Below are positions 29,340-40,509 of a DNA stretch of 64,000 nucleotides, piece after piece. Below the pieces are notes generated by a model. The model did not search any database. It was not told the origin of the DNA and saw only the letters and a program-made list of their open reading frames with translations. Source of the DNA: Rebecca billardiae RCC1528 (lineage: Eukaryota > Protista > Haptophyta). How positions within the stretch are numbered: position 1 is the first letter of the stretch; each line of letters begins with the position of its first letter. The DNA lies in contig OZ251225.1 in the NCBI GenBank assembly GCA_965240325.2, positions 3,038,001 through 3,102,000 of the forward strand. The letters run 5' to 3'. The position numbers and the translations under genes are program-made.

Positions 29340-29814
29340 TCGCAGCGCCTGCGCGCCGCGGCGGCGGCAGCAGCAGGCGCCGCGGCGGCGGCAGCAGCAG
29401 GCAGCGGCAGCAGCGGCGGCAGCAGGCGTCGGCGTCGGCGTCGGCGTCGCTGGCGGCAGCAGCGGCGGCGCAGGCGCGCGCGCACGCGCCGCGCCGCGCG
29501 GCGGCGGCGCGCGGCGCACGCGCCGCGCGGGCGCGCGGCGCGGCGGCTCCCGCGGCGCACGCGCGCCGCGGCGGCGGCAGCAGCAGGCGCCGCGGCGGCG
29601 GCAGCAGCAGGCAGCAGCAGCAGCGGCGGCAGCAGGCGTCGGCGTCGCTGGCGGCAGCAGCGGCGGCGCAGGCGCGCGCGCACGCACCGCGCCGCGCGGC
29701 GGCGGCGCGCGGTGCCTGCGCCGCGCGCGCGCGCGCGCGGCGCGGCGGCTCCCGCGGCGCCTGCGCGCCGCGGCGGCGGCAGCAGCAGGCGCCGCGGCAG
29801 CAGCGGCGGCAGCA

Positions 29815-29847
<33 letters not shown>

Positions 29848-30230
29848 GGCGGCAGCAGCGGCGGCGCAGGCGCGCGCGCACGCACCGCGCCGCGCGGCGG
29901 CGGCACGCGGCGCACGCGCCGCGCGCGCGCTCCGGCGGCGCGCGGCGCACGTGCCGCGCGCGCGCGCGCGCGGCGGCGGCTCCCGCGGCGCCTGCGCGCC
30001 GCGGCGGCGGCAGCAGCAGGCGCCGCGGCGGCGGCAGCAGCAGGCAGCGGCAGCAGCGGCGGCAGCAGGCGTCGGCGTCGGCGTCAGCGTCGGCGTCGCT
30101 GGCGGCAGCAGCGGCGGCGCAGGCGCGCGCGCACGCGCCGCGCACGCGCGCGCGCGCCGCCGCGCGCGGCAGCGGCGCGCGCGCGCGCGCGCGGCGCGCG
30201 TACAGCGGCGGCGGCCGCTGGCGGCGGCGG
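29340..30230. repeat. Extremely GC-rich imperfect tandem repeat (~200-bp units) inside the transposon
   Basis: Recurring GCGGCGGCAGCAGCAGGCG, (GGCGTC)n and GCTGGCGGCAGCAGCGGCGGCGCAGGCGCGCGCGCACGC blocks, four times. Confidence 0.85.
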
Positions 30231-31672
30231 CTACTCGCGCTGCTTCGCCTGCAGCAGCGCCATCAGCATGGCGTGCTGGTTCTGCTGCTGCTGCTGCTGC
30301 ATCGCCAGCTCCCTCGCCCTCAAGTCGAGCTCCTTCGCCTTCAGCTCGCGGTCCTTCTCGTCCTTCTCGCGCTGGTACGCTCGGTCCTTCTCCGCCTGCG
30401 CCGCGTCCTGCTCACGGTCCTTCTCCGCCTGCTCACGAGCGAGTTTCTCGTTCTCGGCCATGTCCTTGAGCATGCCGGCAATCTGCTGGTTGGCTCCGGC
30501 ACTCGTGCTCTTCACCTTCGCCTGTCCCGAGATGGTGACGTAGTCCTCGCCGTTCTGCGCGCACACGGCGGTCAGATCATCGAGCCTGACACCGTGGTCC
30601 AGGTACTGCATCCGCACCCTGCTGTTCAGATGGTACCTTGCGTCGAAGTCGTCCTCGATCTGCTCCTTCTTGCCAAGCTGCTCCTGCGTCAGGTCACCGT
30701 CCTTGTGCTGGAAGGAGGCGATCACGGCGAGCTTGCGGTCGGTGCCCAGTTTCAGCCGGTACTCCTCCCACTCCCTGCCCGTCAGCTGCTCCTGGAGCAC
30801 CGCGAGCTCGTTGTCGACCTTGTCGCTGCGCACCTGGCGCAGCGCGGCATCCTCCATGGCCCCCTGCGCGCGCTTCTCCACCGCCGACTTCCCCTTCGAC
30901 TTCGACTTCGACGGCTTGGGAGCATCGCCGACAGCCTCTCCGTACAACTTCTGTGCCTCCTTCTGCTTCTCGATGTACTGGTCCAGCTCGTTGTCGAGCG
31001 CGCGCTGGTTCTCGATCTCGTCCCCGGCACCGGTGACCTGCGCGTGCGTGCGCCGCGCGCGTGCGCCGCGCGCCGGGAGAAGCAATGGTGAGGCTGGCTC
31101 GCCGCCGTGCCGCGCAAGCCACGCGCCGCGCACGGAGCGCGCCGCACCACGGGGGGCTTGTTGTTGCCGTTCTTCTTCCACTGCGCCTGGCGGAGCTCGA
31201 GACTGCCGTTGAGCTTGCCCGCGATCCATGACGCCTTGGCCTCCGTCACTCCCGCACCCTTCAAGAAGTCGTCGTCTTCGTTCAGGTTCTCCGCAAGCAT
31301 GTTGTCGTAATCGGACACGAGCTTTGGCGGCGACGGCGCACCGGCGGGGAGCTTCACGTCACCGCGGCGCCAAGCTTCGTAGTACTTCTTCGCGAATTCG
31401 CGAAGGTAGTATTTCACGGCCATCGCAGACCTCAGCAGCTCCAGCAGCGACCCCAACGGGAGCTGCTTCGGCGCGCGCTGCCGCTCGTCCGGCGTCTTCG
31501 CCGTCTTCGCCTTCTTCGCCTTCTTCGCAGCGGCGCCGCCGCTGGGCGCCTGGCTAGTGAGGTCCAAGTCGACCGTCGTCGCGGCTGACGGCTCGCTCGC
31601 CGCCGCCACCGGCAGCTGCGCCTCCGGCAGCTGCGTCAGCAGCGGAAACGCGCCCTCCCCGGGATCCATCAT
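30231..31672 (-). CDS. Harbinger ORF2 accessory (putative DNA-binding, coiled-coil) protein, ~443 aa. Exons 31672-31148 and 31037-30231
   Basis: Second gene between the TIRs; basic NLS-like KKAKKAK; helical aromatic region; C-terminal charged coiled coil with polyQ (ELKAKELDLRARELAMQQQQQQ); phase-0 intron GTGCGG...CGCAG. Myb/SANT identity is inferred from position only. Confidence 0.75.
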
Positions 31673-34600
31673 CGGAGGCACGCGCGCGGACGCGCGCCCG
31701 CGTTCGGGCGAGCGGGCACGTAAGGGCCTCGGCTTACGATCCGGGGCTTACGGACGCCCCAAAGCCTTGCTTAAGGTTAGGGCGACGGAGCCGGGCTTTA
31801 CGGCGGGTTTCGTCGGCCAGCGTCCGGTAAGGTGTAAGGTAAGCTTTTCACCACATTTCGGCATTGCCCAAGCACACTAGTATGTTATGCCCACTGCTAC
31901 GCAGTCACCAGATCGGCGACGTCGTCGACAGTTGGGATACCTCCAAGTGGAGGCCCGAGTGGTTGCAGCCCACTGTGCCACCAGGGTACTTGCGGCTGCG
32001 ACGTGTTTGCCGCGCTGACGTTCCCCGCACACAGTAACCGCCCACCCGGGCGCGGACGCACTGCCCACAGTGCCGCCCGCGAGCCAGGGGCCCGCCGTCT
32101 TGGACCGCCAGCCGAAGCGCATGCGCCGGACCGGAGCTGCAACTGCGCAGGGCCCTGCGCAGAGCCCCAGCCGGCCACCTTGTACAGCAGAGGTGGTAGG
32201 AGCACATCCTGCACAATGCAGGGAATTCCGGCTCGGGCAGACTGCCCCTTCTGCATGCTGCTGCAGGAAACCGTGCGCCGACTGCCGCACGGGCGACTGC
32301 CGCACGTCCAGCATTGCAGGAAAGCAGCGGCTCCAGCCAAGCCAGGCAGCTGCCCAGTGACCTGCAGCAGGAAACCGCGCGTGCCGGTGTAACGAGCAGG
32401 CTCTGCTGCATGCTGCAGCGACCTCGGTCTGCAGAGGGCTTGCTGGGCTCTTGACACGAGGCACGAGGCACGATGCTCTCCAGCTGGCTTCTTGACCAGC
32501 AGCATCTGCGCCTGCTGCGGCCTGGCGGGCCGCTGGGGGAGAGTCGTAGCAGAACCCCCTTCCTGTGCCAGCTCCGAGAGCCTCAGGTCTGTCGTTCAGT
32601 GCGAGTGCACGACCCTGCACGGGCTCCAGCGGCCTGCGGGCCGGGTTCCGGCTGCCGGCTGCCTTACCGAGCAGGCTCTGCGGCCTGCGGCAGTGAGTGA
32701 GGACTGCCTGCAGAGGGCTTGCTGAGCCCTTGACACGGCGAGTGCGATATGTTCCGCGCCGGCTGGGCTGCTGCCCCTTCTGCACGCTGCAGGAAAGTCG
32801 CTCGGGCTGGGCTGCTGCCCGTCTGCATGAGCAGGAGCCAGGAAGGCAGCTCTGGTTGACCGCCCCTTCTGCATACTGCTGCAGGAAATCACATACAGTA
32901 TGCCTGTGTTGCCTGGCCGCTGCCTGCGGGTAGTGGCGCCTGCTGCGTGTTAGCCCCGGCAAGGCGAGTGCGATGTGCCGCGCCGTCTAGGCTGCGGCCC
33001 CTTGTGCATGCTGCAGGAAAGCAGCTCGGGCTGGCAGCTGCCTGCGGGCAGCGGCGCCTGCGGAGTGCTAAACCCTTACACTGCGAACGCGATGTTCCGC
33101 GCCGGCTGGGATGTGGCCCCTTCTGCATGCTGCAGGAAAGCCGCTCAGGCTGGGCTGCTGCCCCCTCTGCATGCTGCAGGAAAGCCGCTCGCGGGCTGGC
33201 AGCTGCCTGCGGGCAGCGGCGCCTGCGGAGTGCTAAGCCTTTGACACGCCGAACGCTATGTTCCGCGCCGGCTGGGCTGCGGCCCCTTCTGCATGCTGCA
33301 GGAAAGCCGCCCGGGCTGTACACGCCCACGGCGAGCGCGAGTTCCGCTCTGGCTGGGATGCTGCCCCTTCTGCATGCTGCAGGAACGCCGCTCGGGCTGG
33401 CAGCTGCCTGCGGGCAGCGGCGCCTGCAGAGTGCTGAGCTCTTGACACTGCAAGCGCGATGTTCCGCGCTGGCTGGGCGGCTGCCCCTTCTGCCTACTGC
33501 AGGAAAGCCGCTCGGGCTGGCTGCCCTTCTGCATGCTGCTGCAGGAAATCGCATCACAATGATGCCTGCTGTTTTGTAAGGCTGCTGCCTGCTGGCAGTC
33601 GCGCTTGCGGCTGCGGTTTGCTGAGCCAGGGGCTCGACACTGCCAGCGCGATGTGCCGCGCCGGCTGGGCAGCTGCCCCTTCCGCATGCTGCAGGAAAGC
33701 CGCTCGGGCTGGCGGCTGTCTGCGGGCCGAGCGGCGCCTGCTGAGTGCTAAGCCCTCGACACTGCGAGCGCGTGTTCGGCGCCGGCTGGGCTGCTGCCCC
33801 TTCTGCATGCTGCAGGAAAGCCGCTCTGGCTGGGCTGCTGCCCCTTCTGCATGCTGCAGGAAAGCCGCTTGGGCTGGCAGCTGCCTGCTGGCAGCGGCGC
33901 CTGTGGAGTGCTAAGCCCTTGACACTGTGAACGAGATGTTCCGCGCCGGCTGGGCTGCTGCCCCTTCACCGCGCCGGCTGGGCTGCTGCCCCTTCACCTG
34001 CTGAAGGAAAGCCGCTCGGGCTGGGCTGCTGCCCCTTCTGCCTGCTGCAGGAAAGCAGCTCGTGGGCTGGCAGCTGCCTGCTGGCAGCGGCGCCTGCGGA
34101 GTGCTAAGCCCTTGACACTGCAAGCGCGTTGTTCGGCGCCGGCACCGGCTGGGCTGCTGCCCCTTCTGCATGCTGCAGGAAAGCCGCTCTGGCTGGGCTG
34201 GGGCTCCTTTGCATGCCTCAGTGCTGCAGGAAATCACACATGCATGCCTGTGTTGCCTGGCAGCTGCCTGCGGGCATCGGCGCCTGCGGGGTGCTAAGCC
34301 CTTGACACTGCGAACGCGATGTTCAGCACCAGCTGGGCTGCGGCCCCTTCTGCATGCTGCAGGAAAGCAGCTCGGGCTGTACACGGCAAGCGCGAGTTCC
34401 GCGCCGGCTGGGCTGCTGCCCCTTCGCCTGCTGAAGGACAGCCGCTCCGGCTGGGCTGCTGCCCCTTCCGCATGCTGCAGGAAAGCCTCTCTCGGGCTGG
34501 CAGCGCCAGCTGCCCGCGGGCAGCGGCGCCTGCAGAGTGCTAAGCTCTTGACACGGCAAGCGCGAGTTCCGCGCCGGCTGGGCTGCTGCCCCTTTTGCAT

Positions 34601-36492
34601 ACTGCACGAAAGCCGCTCGGGCTGGCTGCCCCTTCTGCATGCTGCTGCAGGAAATCGCACCACATGCCTGTTTTGCCAGGCTGCTGCCTGCAGGCAGCCG
34701 CGCTTGCGGCTGTGGTTTGCTGAGCCAGGGGCTCGACACTGCGAGCGCAATATGCAGTGCCGGCTGGGCAGCTGCCCCTTTCTGCATGCTGCAGGAAAGC
34801 AGCTCGGGCTGGCAGCTGCCTGCTGGCAGCGGCGCCTGCGGAGTGCTAAGCCCTCCACACTGCGAGCGCGTTGTTCGGCACCGGCTGGGCTGCTGCCCCT
34901 TCTGCATGCTGCAGGAAAGCCGCTCTGGCTGGGCTGGCGGGGCCCCTTCTGCATGCCTCAGTGCTGCAGGAAATCACACATGCATGCCTGTGTTGCCTGG
35001 CAGCTGCCTGCTGGCATCGGCGCCTGCGGAGTGCTAAGCCCTTGACACTGCGAACGCGATGTTCAGCACCAGCTGGGCTGCGGCCCCTTCTGCATGCTGC
35101 AGGAAAGCAGCTCGGGCTGTACACGGCAAGCGCGAGTTCCGCGCCGGCTGCTGCCCCTTCGCCTGCTGAAGGACAGCCGCTCTGGCTGGGCTGCTGCCCC
35201 TTCCGCATGCTGCAGGAAAGCCTCTCTCTGGCTGGCAGCTGCCGGCGGGCAGCGGCGCCTGCAGAGTGCTGAGCTCTTGACACGGCGAGCGCGAGTTCCG
35301 CGCCGGCTGGGCTGCTGCCCCTTCTTCATACTGCGGGAAGGCCGCTCGGGCTGGCTGCCCCTTCTGCATGCTGCTGCAGGAAATCGCATCACAATGATGC
35401 CTGTTTTGTAAGGCTGCTGCCTGCTGGCAGTCGCGCTTGCGGCTGCGGTTTGCTGAGCCAGGGGCTCGACACTGCCAGCGCGATGTGCCGCGCCGGCTGG
35501 GCAGCTGCCCCTTCTGCATGCTGCAGGAAAGCCGCTCGGGCTGGCGGCTGCCTGCGGGCAGCGGCGCCTGCGGAGTGCTAAGCCCTCGACACTGCGAGCG
35601 CGTGTTCGGCGCCGGCTGGGCTGCTGCCCCTTCTGCATGCTGCAGGCGAGAGCCGCTCTGGCTGGGCTGCTGCCCCTTCTGCATGCTGCAGGAAAGCCGC
35701 TTGGGCTGGCAGCTGCCTGCTGGCAGCGGCGCCTGCGGAGTGCTAAGCCCTTGACACTGTGAACGAGATGTTCCGCGCCGGCTGGGCTGCTGCCCCTTCA
35801 CCTGCTGAAGGAAAGCCGCTCGGGCTGGGCTGCTGCCCCTTCTGCCTGCTGCAGGAAAGCCGCTCGTGGGCTGGCAGCTGCCTGCTGGCAGCGGTGCCTG
35901 CTGAAGTGCTAAGCTCTTGACACAGCGAGCGCGATGTTCCGCGCCAGCTGGGCTGCTGCCCCTTCTGCATACTGCAGGAAAGCCGCTCGGGCTGGCTGCC
36001 CTTCTGCATGCTGCTGCAGGAAATCGCATCGCCTGCTGGCAGTCGCGCTTGCGGCTGCGGTTTGCTTAGCCAGGGGCTTGACACTGCAAGTGCAATGTGC
36101 CGCGCCGGCTGGGCCACTGCCCCTTCTTCCGCATGATGATGCAGGGAAGCCGCTCGGGCTGACTGCACTTTCTGCATGCTGCTGCAGTAAATAAGGCACG
36201 CCTGTGTTGCTTGGCAGCTGCCTGCTGGCAGCTGCGCCTGTGGTGTGCTGAGCCCTTGGCACTGTGAGCGCGATGTTCCGTGCCATTGCAGGGCAGCTGC
36301 CCCTTCCTCTGCATGATCGATGATGCAGGAAATTAGCTCGGGCATCACGCATGCCTGTGTTGCCCCGCAGGCAGCTGCCTGTGGGCAGCGGCGCCTGCAG
36401 CTTGCAGGGCCCTCGAAACTGCGATCGCAGTGGTTCCTTGCCTGATTAGCGGCTTTGCACAGCCGAATGCCAGCGTCGGTTGCAACTTGTGA

Positions 36493-36670
36493 CTCCGACC
36501 CGTCATCGCTCCGACCCGTCATCGCGCCTCCGACCAGTCATCGCCTCGCCACTCTCCGACCTCAAACCCCCACCTTCGACCTGGAAGACTCGCCCTGCCT
36601 CCGACCCGTCATCGCGCTCCGACCAGCCATTGCGCCTCCAACCAGTCATCGCCTCACCACTCTCCGACCT
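36493..36670. repeat. Short imperfect repeats of CTCCGACC(C/A)GTCATCGC
   Basis: About eight CTCCGACC-like cores in two blocks. Confidence 0.8.
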
Positions 36671-38141
36671 GCCTCCGATGCGCCAACGTCGTCATCTCCT
36701 TCGTCAGCAAAGACAACATGAGGCCCTCAGGCCATGCTCAAGCACAAACTCGCGCCATCGGCATCTTGGAGTGAGCTGCTCGCTGGCGCCCAACCAGTGC
36801 CCTGTGTCGACTGCCTGCTGGCAGTGAGAGAGCCACCCTTGCGGTGGTAGTGCATAGCCAGCACTGGTGTCAGCTCCTGCTGGGGCCAGTGGTGAGCACC
36901 CTCAGCTGCTTGCCTGGTACAGTAGTCAGGGTGGGTGGGTGGGAAGATTTGCCACAATGAATGCCCTTTGCTGCTGCGGCGCTGCGTGCCGCCATTTGCG
37001 GCAACCTCGTGCCTGCTGCTTGGGGCGATAATCGCTGAGCTCTGGGCTCTGAGTCCTGCTGCTCCGGATTCTGCGGCTGGATTTGCACAGCGCTTGCGTC
37101 TCCAGTACATTGCGGACCCCTTGTGAGCTTCGCGCCAGACCCACCAAACCAACTGCACAACACAAGCGGTCCTTGTTCCTTGTTCGCCGCATGATCGGCA
37201 ATGCCAATGTAATATGACGATGTAGTATGTTATGCCCACTGCTACGCAGTCACCAGATCGGCGACGTCGTCGACAGTTGGGATACCTCCAAGTGGAGGCC
37301 CGAGTGGTTGCAGCCCACTGTGCCACCAGGGTACTTGCGGCTGCGACGTGTTTGCCGCGCTGACGTTCCCAATCGTTCCACAGGGGCGTCGGGTGGCTGT
37401 GCTTGTAGGGTCGGGGGCCGTAATCCGTATCCCAACTGCATGATGCGCACGGTGGCGGTGTTCGTTTTTCGATTGCTTTGCTGCCTTTGGCTTTGACGAC
37501 GCCGAGGCAGGCGTTGAGCGGCCTCTCGCCGGGCTGCGGCCTACGGGCACGGCCCGTGCTGCCTGGCCGGGCTGGCAGGCCAGTGCGCTGATAGCAACGT
37601 AGCGGCCCTGCTGTATACCCAGGTTCCAGCAAGTAAGCGGCGGTGCAGGCCTGCTGGTCTCCAGCGGCCTGCTGGGGCTAATTAGCAAGGCAGGCTCTGC
37701 CGGCCTTGCCCGTATGCTGCAGTGCAAAGTGGATCTCAGCCTGCTGCAGCCAGCGGGCTTGCGCCTTGCTGCTCGGCGGAGCTGCCTCACTGCACGGCGA
37801 GCGCCGGACAGTGACAGCCATGGTCCGCACCGGCTGGGCATCCACCCCTTCTGCATGACGATATGCAGGAAATCCGCGTATGCCTTATTGGGCGGCTGAT
37901 GAATGGCACCTTTCGCGTAGTACTGCTAGTGCAAGTACTATTGATGCTTAGCAGGAAGTCACACATGCCTGTGTTAGGTGTTGCCTGGCTGCTGCCTGCG
38001 GGCACAAGCGGCGCCTGCGGCGTGCTAAGCCCTTGCCTCGACGGCCTGCGGGCCGGAGGACGGTGGAGGACGCTTGCGAGTCCTGGGCAAGGCTCAGGCG
38101 GAGCTCTTGCGGGCCGGGTTCTAGGGCCCGGCGGGCCGCAA

Positions 38142-38461
38142 AGAGCAGCCTCGACGGCCGCAGGCCGGAGGACGGTGGGGCAGAGCAGCCTCGACGGCCG
38201 CGGGCCGGAGGACGGTGGAGCAGAGCAGCCTCGACGGCCGCGGGCCGGAGGACGGTGGAGCAGAGCAGCCTCGACGGCCGCTGGCCGGAGGACGGTGGAG
38301 CAGAGCAGCCTCGGCGGCCGCTGGCCGGAGGACGGTGGAGCAGAGCAGCCTCGACGGCCGCGGGCCGGAGGACGGTGGAGCAGAGCAGCCTCGGCGGCCA
38401 CTGGCCGGAGGACGGTGGAGCCGAGCAGCCTCGACGGCCGCTGGCCGGAGGAAGATGGAGG
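38142..38461. repeat. 40-bp minisatellite, 8 copies
   Basis: AGAGCAGCCTCGACGGCCGCGGGCCGGAGGACGGTGGAGC variants at 38142, 38182 ... 38422. Confidence 0.95.
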
Positions 38462-39241
38462 ACGTTTGCGAGTCCTGGGCAAGGCTCAAGCGGAGCTCTT
38501 GACACGTGCGCGATGACGAAGGCCTGCGGGCCTTTGGGAGCCTCCCTCGCCGCGCGAGAGGGTCTGAGCAATGCACGAGCGCCTGGCAGCGCTCGGTGCG
38601 GCGGCCGTGGGCCGAGAGAGCTGTTGAGGGGGGGGGCTGCTGCGGGCTGGGCTGCAGCCCCTTCTGCCTGCTGCAGGAAGCCGTGCGGGCTGGGCTGCGG
38701 CCCCTTCTGCATGCTGCAGGAAAGCCGCTCGGGCTGACTGGGCACCTGTCACTTCTGCACGCTGCTGCAGGAAATCACGCATGCCTGTGTTGCCCGGCCG
38801 CTGCCCGCGGGCAGCGGAGCCTGCGCCTGCGCGTGCGAAGGAATCGGCCGCCGACGCACGCGCACGGACGCCGACGCGATTTGCCACAATGAATGCCCTT
38901 TGCTGCTGCGGCGCTGCGTGCCGCCATTTGCGGCAACCTCGTGCCTGCTGCTCTGCGGCCTGCGGCAGTGAGTGAGGACTGCCTGCAGAGGGCTTGCTGA
39001 GCCCTTGACACGGCGAGTGCGATATGTTCCGCGCCGGCTGGGCTGCTGCCCCTTCTGCACGCTGCAGGAAAGTCGCTCGGGCTGGGCTGCTGCCCGTCTG
39101 CATGAGCAGGAGCCAGGAAGGCAGCTCGGGTTGACCGCCCCTTCTGCATACTGCTGCAGGAAATCACATACAGTATGCCTGTGTTGCCTGGCCGCTGCCT
39201 GCGGGTAGTGGCGCCTGCTGCGTGTTAGCCCCGGCAAGGCG

Positions 39242-39831
39242 AGTGCGATGTGCCGCGCCGTCTAGGCTGCGGCCCCTTGTGCATGCCACAATGAATGCCC
39301 TTTGCTGCTGCGGCGCTGCGTGCCGCCATTTGCGGCAACCTCGTGCCTGCTGCTTGGGGCGATAATCGCTGAGCTCTGGGCTCTGAGTCCTGCTGCTCCG
39401 GATTCTGCGGCTGGATTTGCACAGCGCTTGCGTCTCCAGTACATTGCGGACCCCTTGTGAGCTTCGCGCCAGACCCACCAAACCAACTGCACAACATTGG
39501 CGGCGAGTAGTACCCGTACGCCCCCTGTGGTTCCATAGTGCGATGTGCCGCGCCGTCTAGGCTGCGGCCCCTTGTGCATGCCACAATGAATGCCCTTTGC
39601 TGCTGCGGCGCTGCGTGCCGCCATTTGCGGCAACCTCGTGCCTGCTGCTTGGGGCGATAATCGCTGAGCTCTGGGCTCTGAGTCCTGCTGCTCCGGATTC
39701 TGCGGCTGGATTTGCACAGCGCTTGCGTCTCCAGTACATTGCGGACCCCTTGTGAGCTTCGCGCCAGACCCACCAAACCAACTGCACAACATTGGCGGCG
39801 AGTAGTACCCGTACGCCCCCTGTGGTTCCAT
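39242..39831. repeat. Near-perfect 295-bp tandem duplication
   Basis: AGTGCGATGTGCCGCGCCGTCTAGG starts at 39242 and 39537; both copies end TGTGGTTCCAT. Confidence 0.93.
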
Positions 39832-40509
39832 GTGGTTCCAGGCACTTTGCGGCCTCGCCGCGGACGCTGCGGAGGGCCGGAGGCGAGATGCGCGGCGGTG
39901 CACATCGTGCCCCCGAGCGGACCGCCTAGCCCCAGCCGGGCGTCGCTCGACTCGTCCATCGCGGCGAGTGAGAGCCGTCGCGCGAGGGGCGGGTCGAGGG
40001 GGGGGCGCCTGGTACATTGACGCCATCGTTTTGGACCGATTCTTTTTTTTTCGGGCGGTGCTCCCGGTGAAAAAGCAAGCAGGGGAGAATTCCGTCGGAG
40101 CAGTTTTATTTTGGGGCTTTTTACGCGTTTTGGCCGTATCATATTGTTTGCGTGCTGCTGCTGCTCACTGTCATGAATGCGTCGGCGATCAGACCGTCAC
40201 TCACCGCAGCGTGTAACAGTGGCGGTGGCGGAGCAGCGGACGATGCCGCATTGACGGGCGGCTGCCACGCGCACGAAGCGGCCGGTGACTACTTCTGATG
40301 CAGCGCACTGACACGCATTGCACTGATATTGATGCGACCGGTCGTCGATCACCCGGGCGGCGGGCGGACGACCGTCTAGTGCCGTCCTGCTTCTCCTGAT
40401 GAGACAGCAGTCGCGCGCAGCCGCGATCGCGCCGCGGGAGACAGGTGGCGTTGTCAAAACAACGCCTCGCCTCGCCGGTGGTCGCACGCCGCGCGCGCGC
40501 GCGCGCCGC

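Larger units (their letters stand above)
27475..31878. mobile_element. Full-length PIF/Harbinger DNA transposon (4404 bp) with two convergent genes
   Basis: Perfect 15-bp TIRs AGTGTGCTTGGGCAA (27475-27489) and TTGCCCAAGCACACT (31864-31878). AGT duplicated at 27472-27474 and 31879-31881. An uninterrupted copy of the flanks lies at ~37161-37370. Confidence 0.92.
31882..39840. repeat. Complex mosaic satellite / segmentally duplicated non-coding region
   Basis: More than 30 variants of GCTGCCCCTTCTGCATGCTGCAGGAAA interleaved with CAGCGGCGCCTGCGGAGTGCTAAGCCCTTGACAC modules. Larger duplications: ~32677-33010 = ~38950-39285, and ~36950-37160 = ~39285-39495 = ~39580-39790. Confidence 0.9.

Noticed and set aside
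27471-31882. Alternative 5-bp TSD (TAGTA) with 14-bp TIRs
   Set aside because: Formally compatible with the sequence, but 3-bp TSDs are the rule for PIF/Harbinger; other copies are needed to settle it.
32200-36400. Ankyrin-like or other repeat protein (PLLHAAG) or CRISPR-like array in the satellite
   Set aside because: Frames break constantly, module lengths do not preserve frame, the ankyrin consensus is incomplete, and inter-core sequences are themselves repeats.
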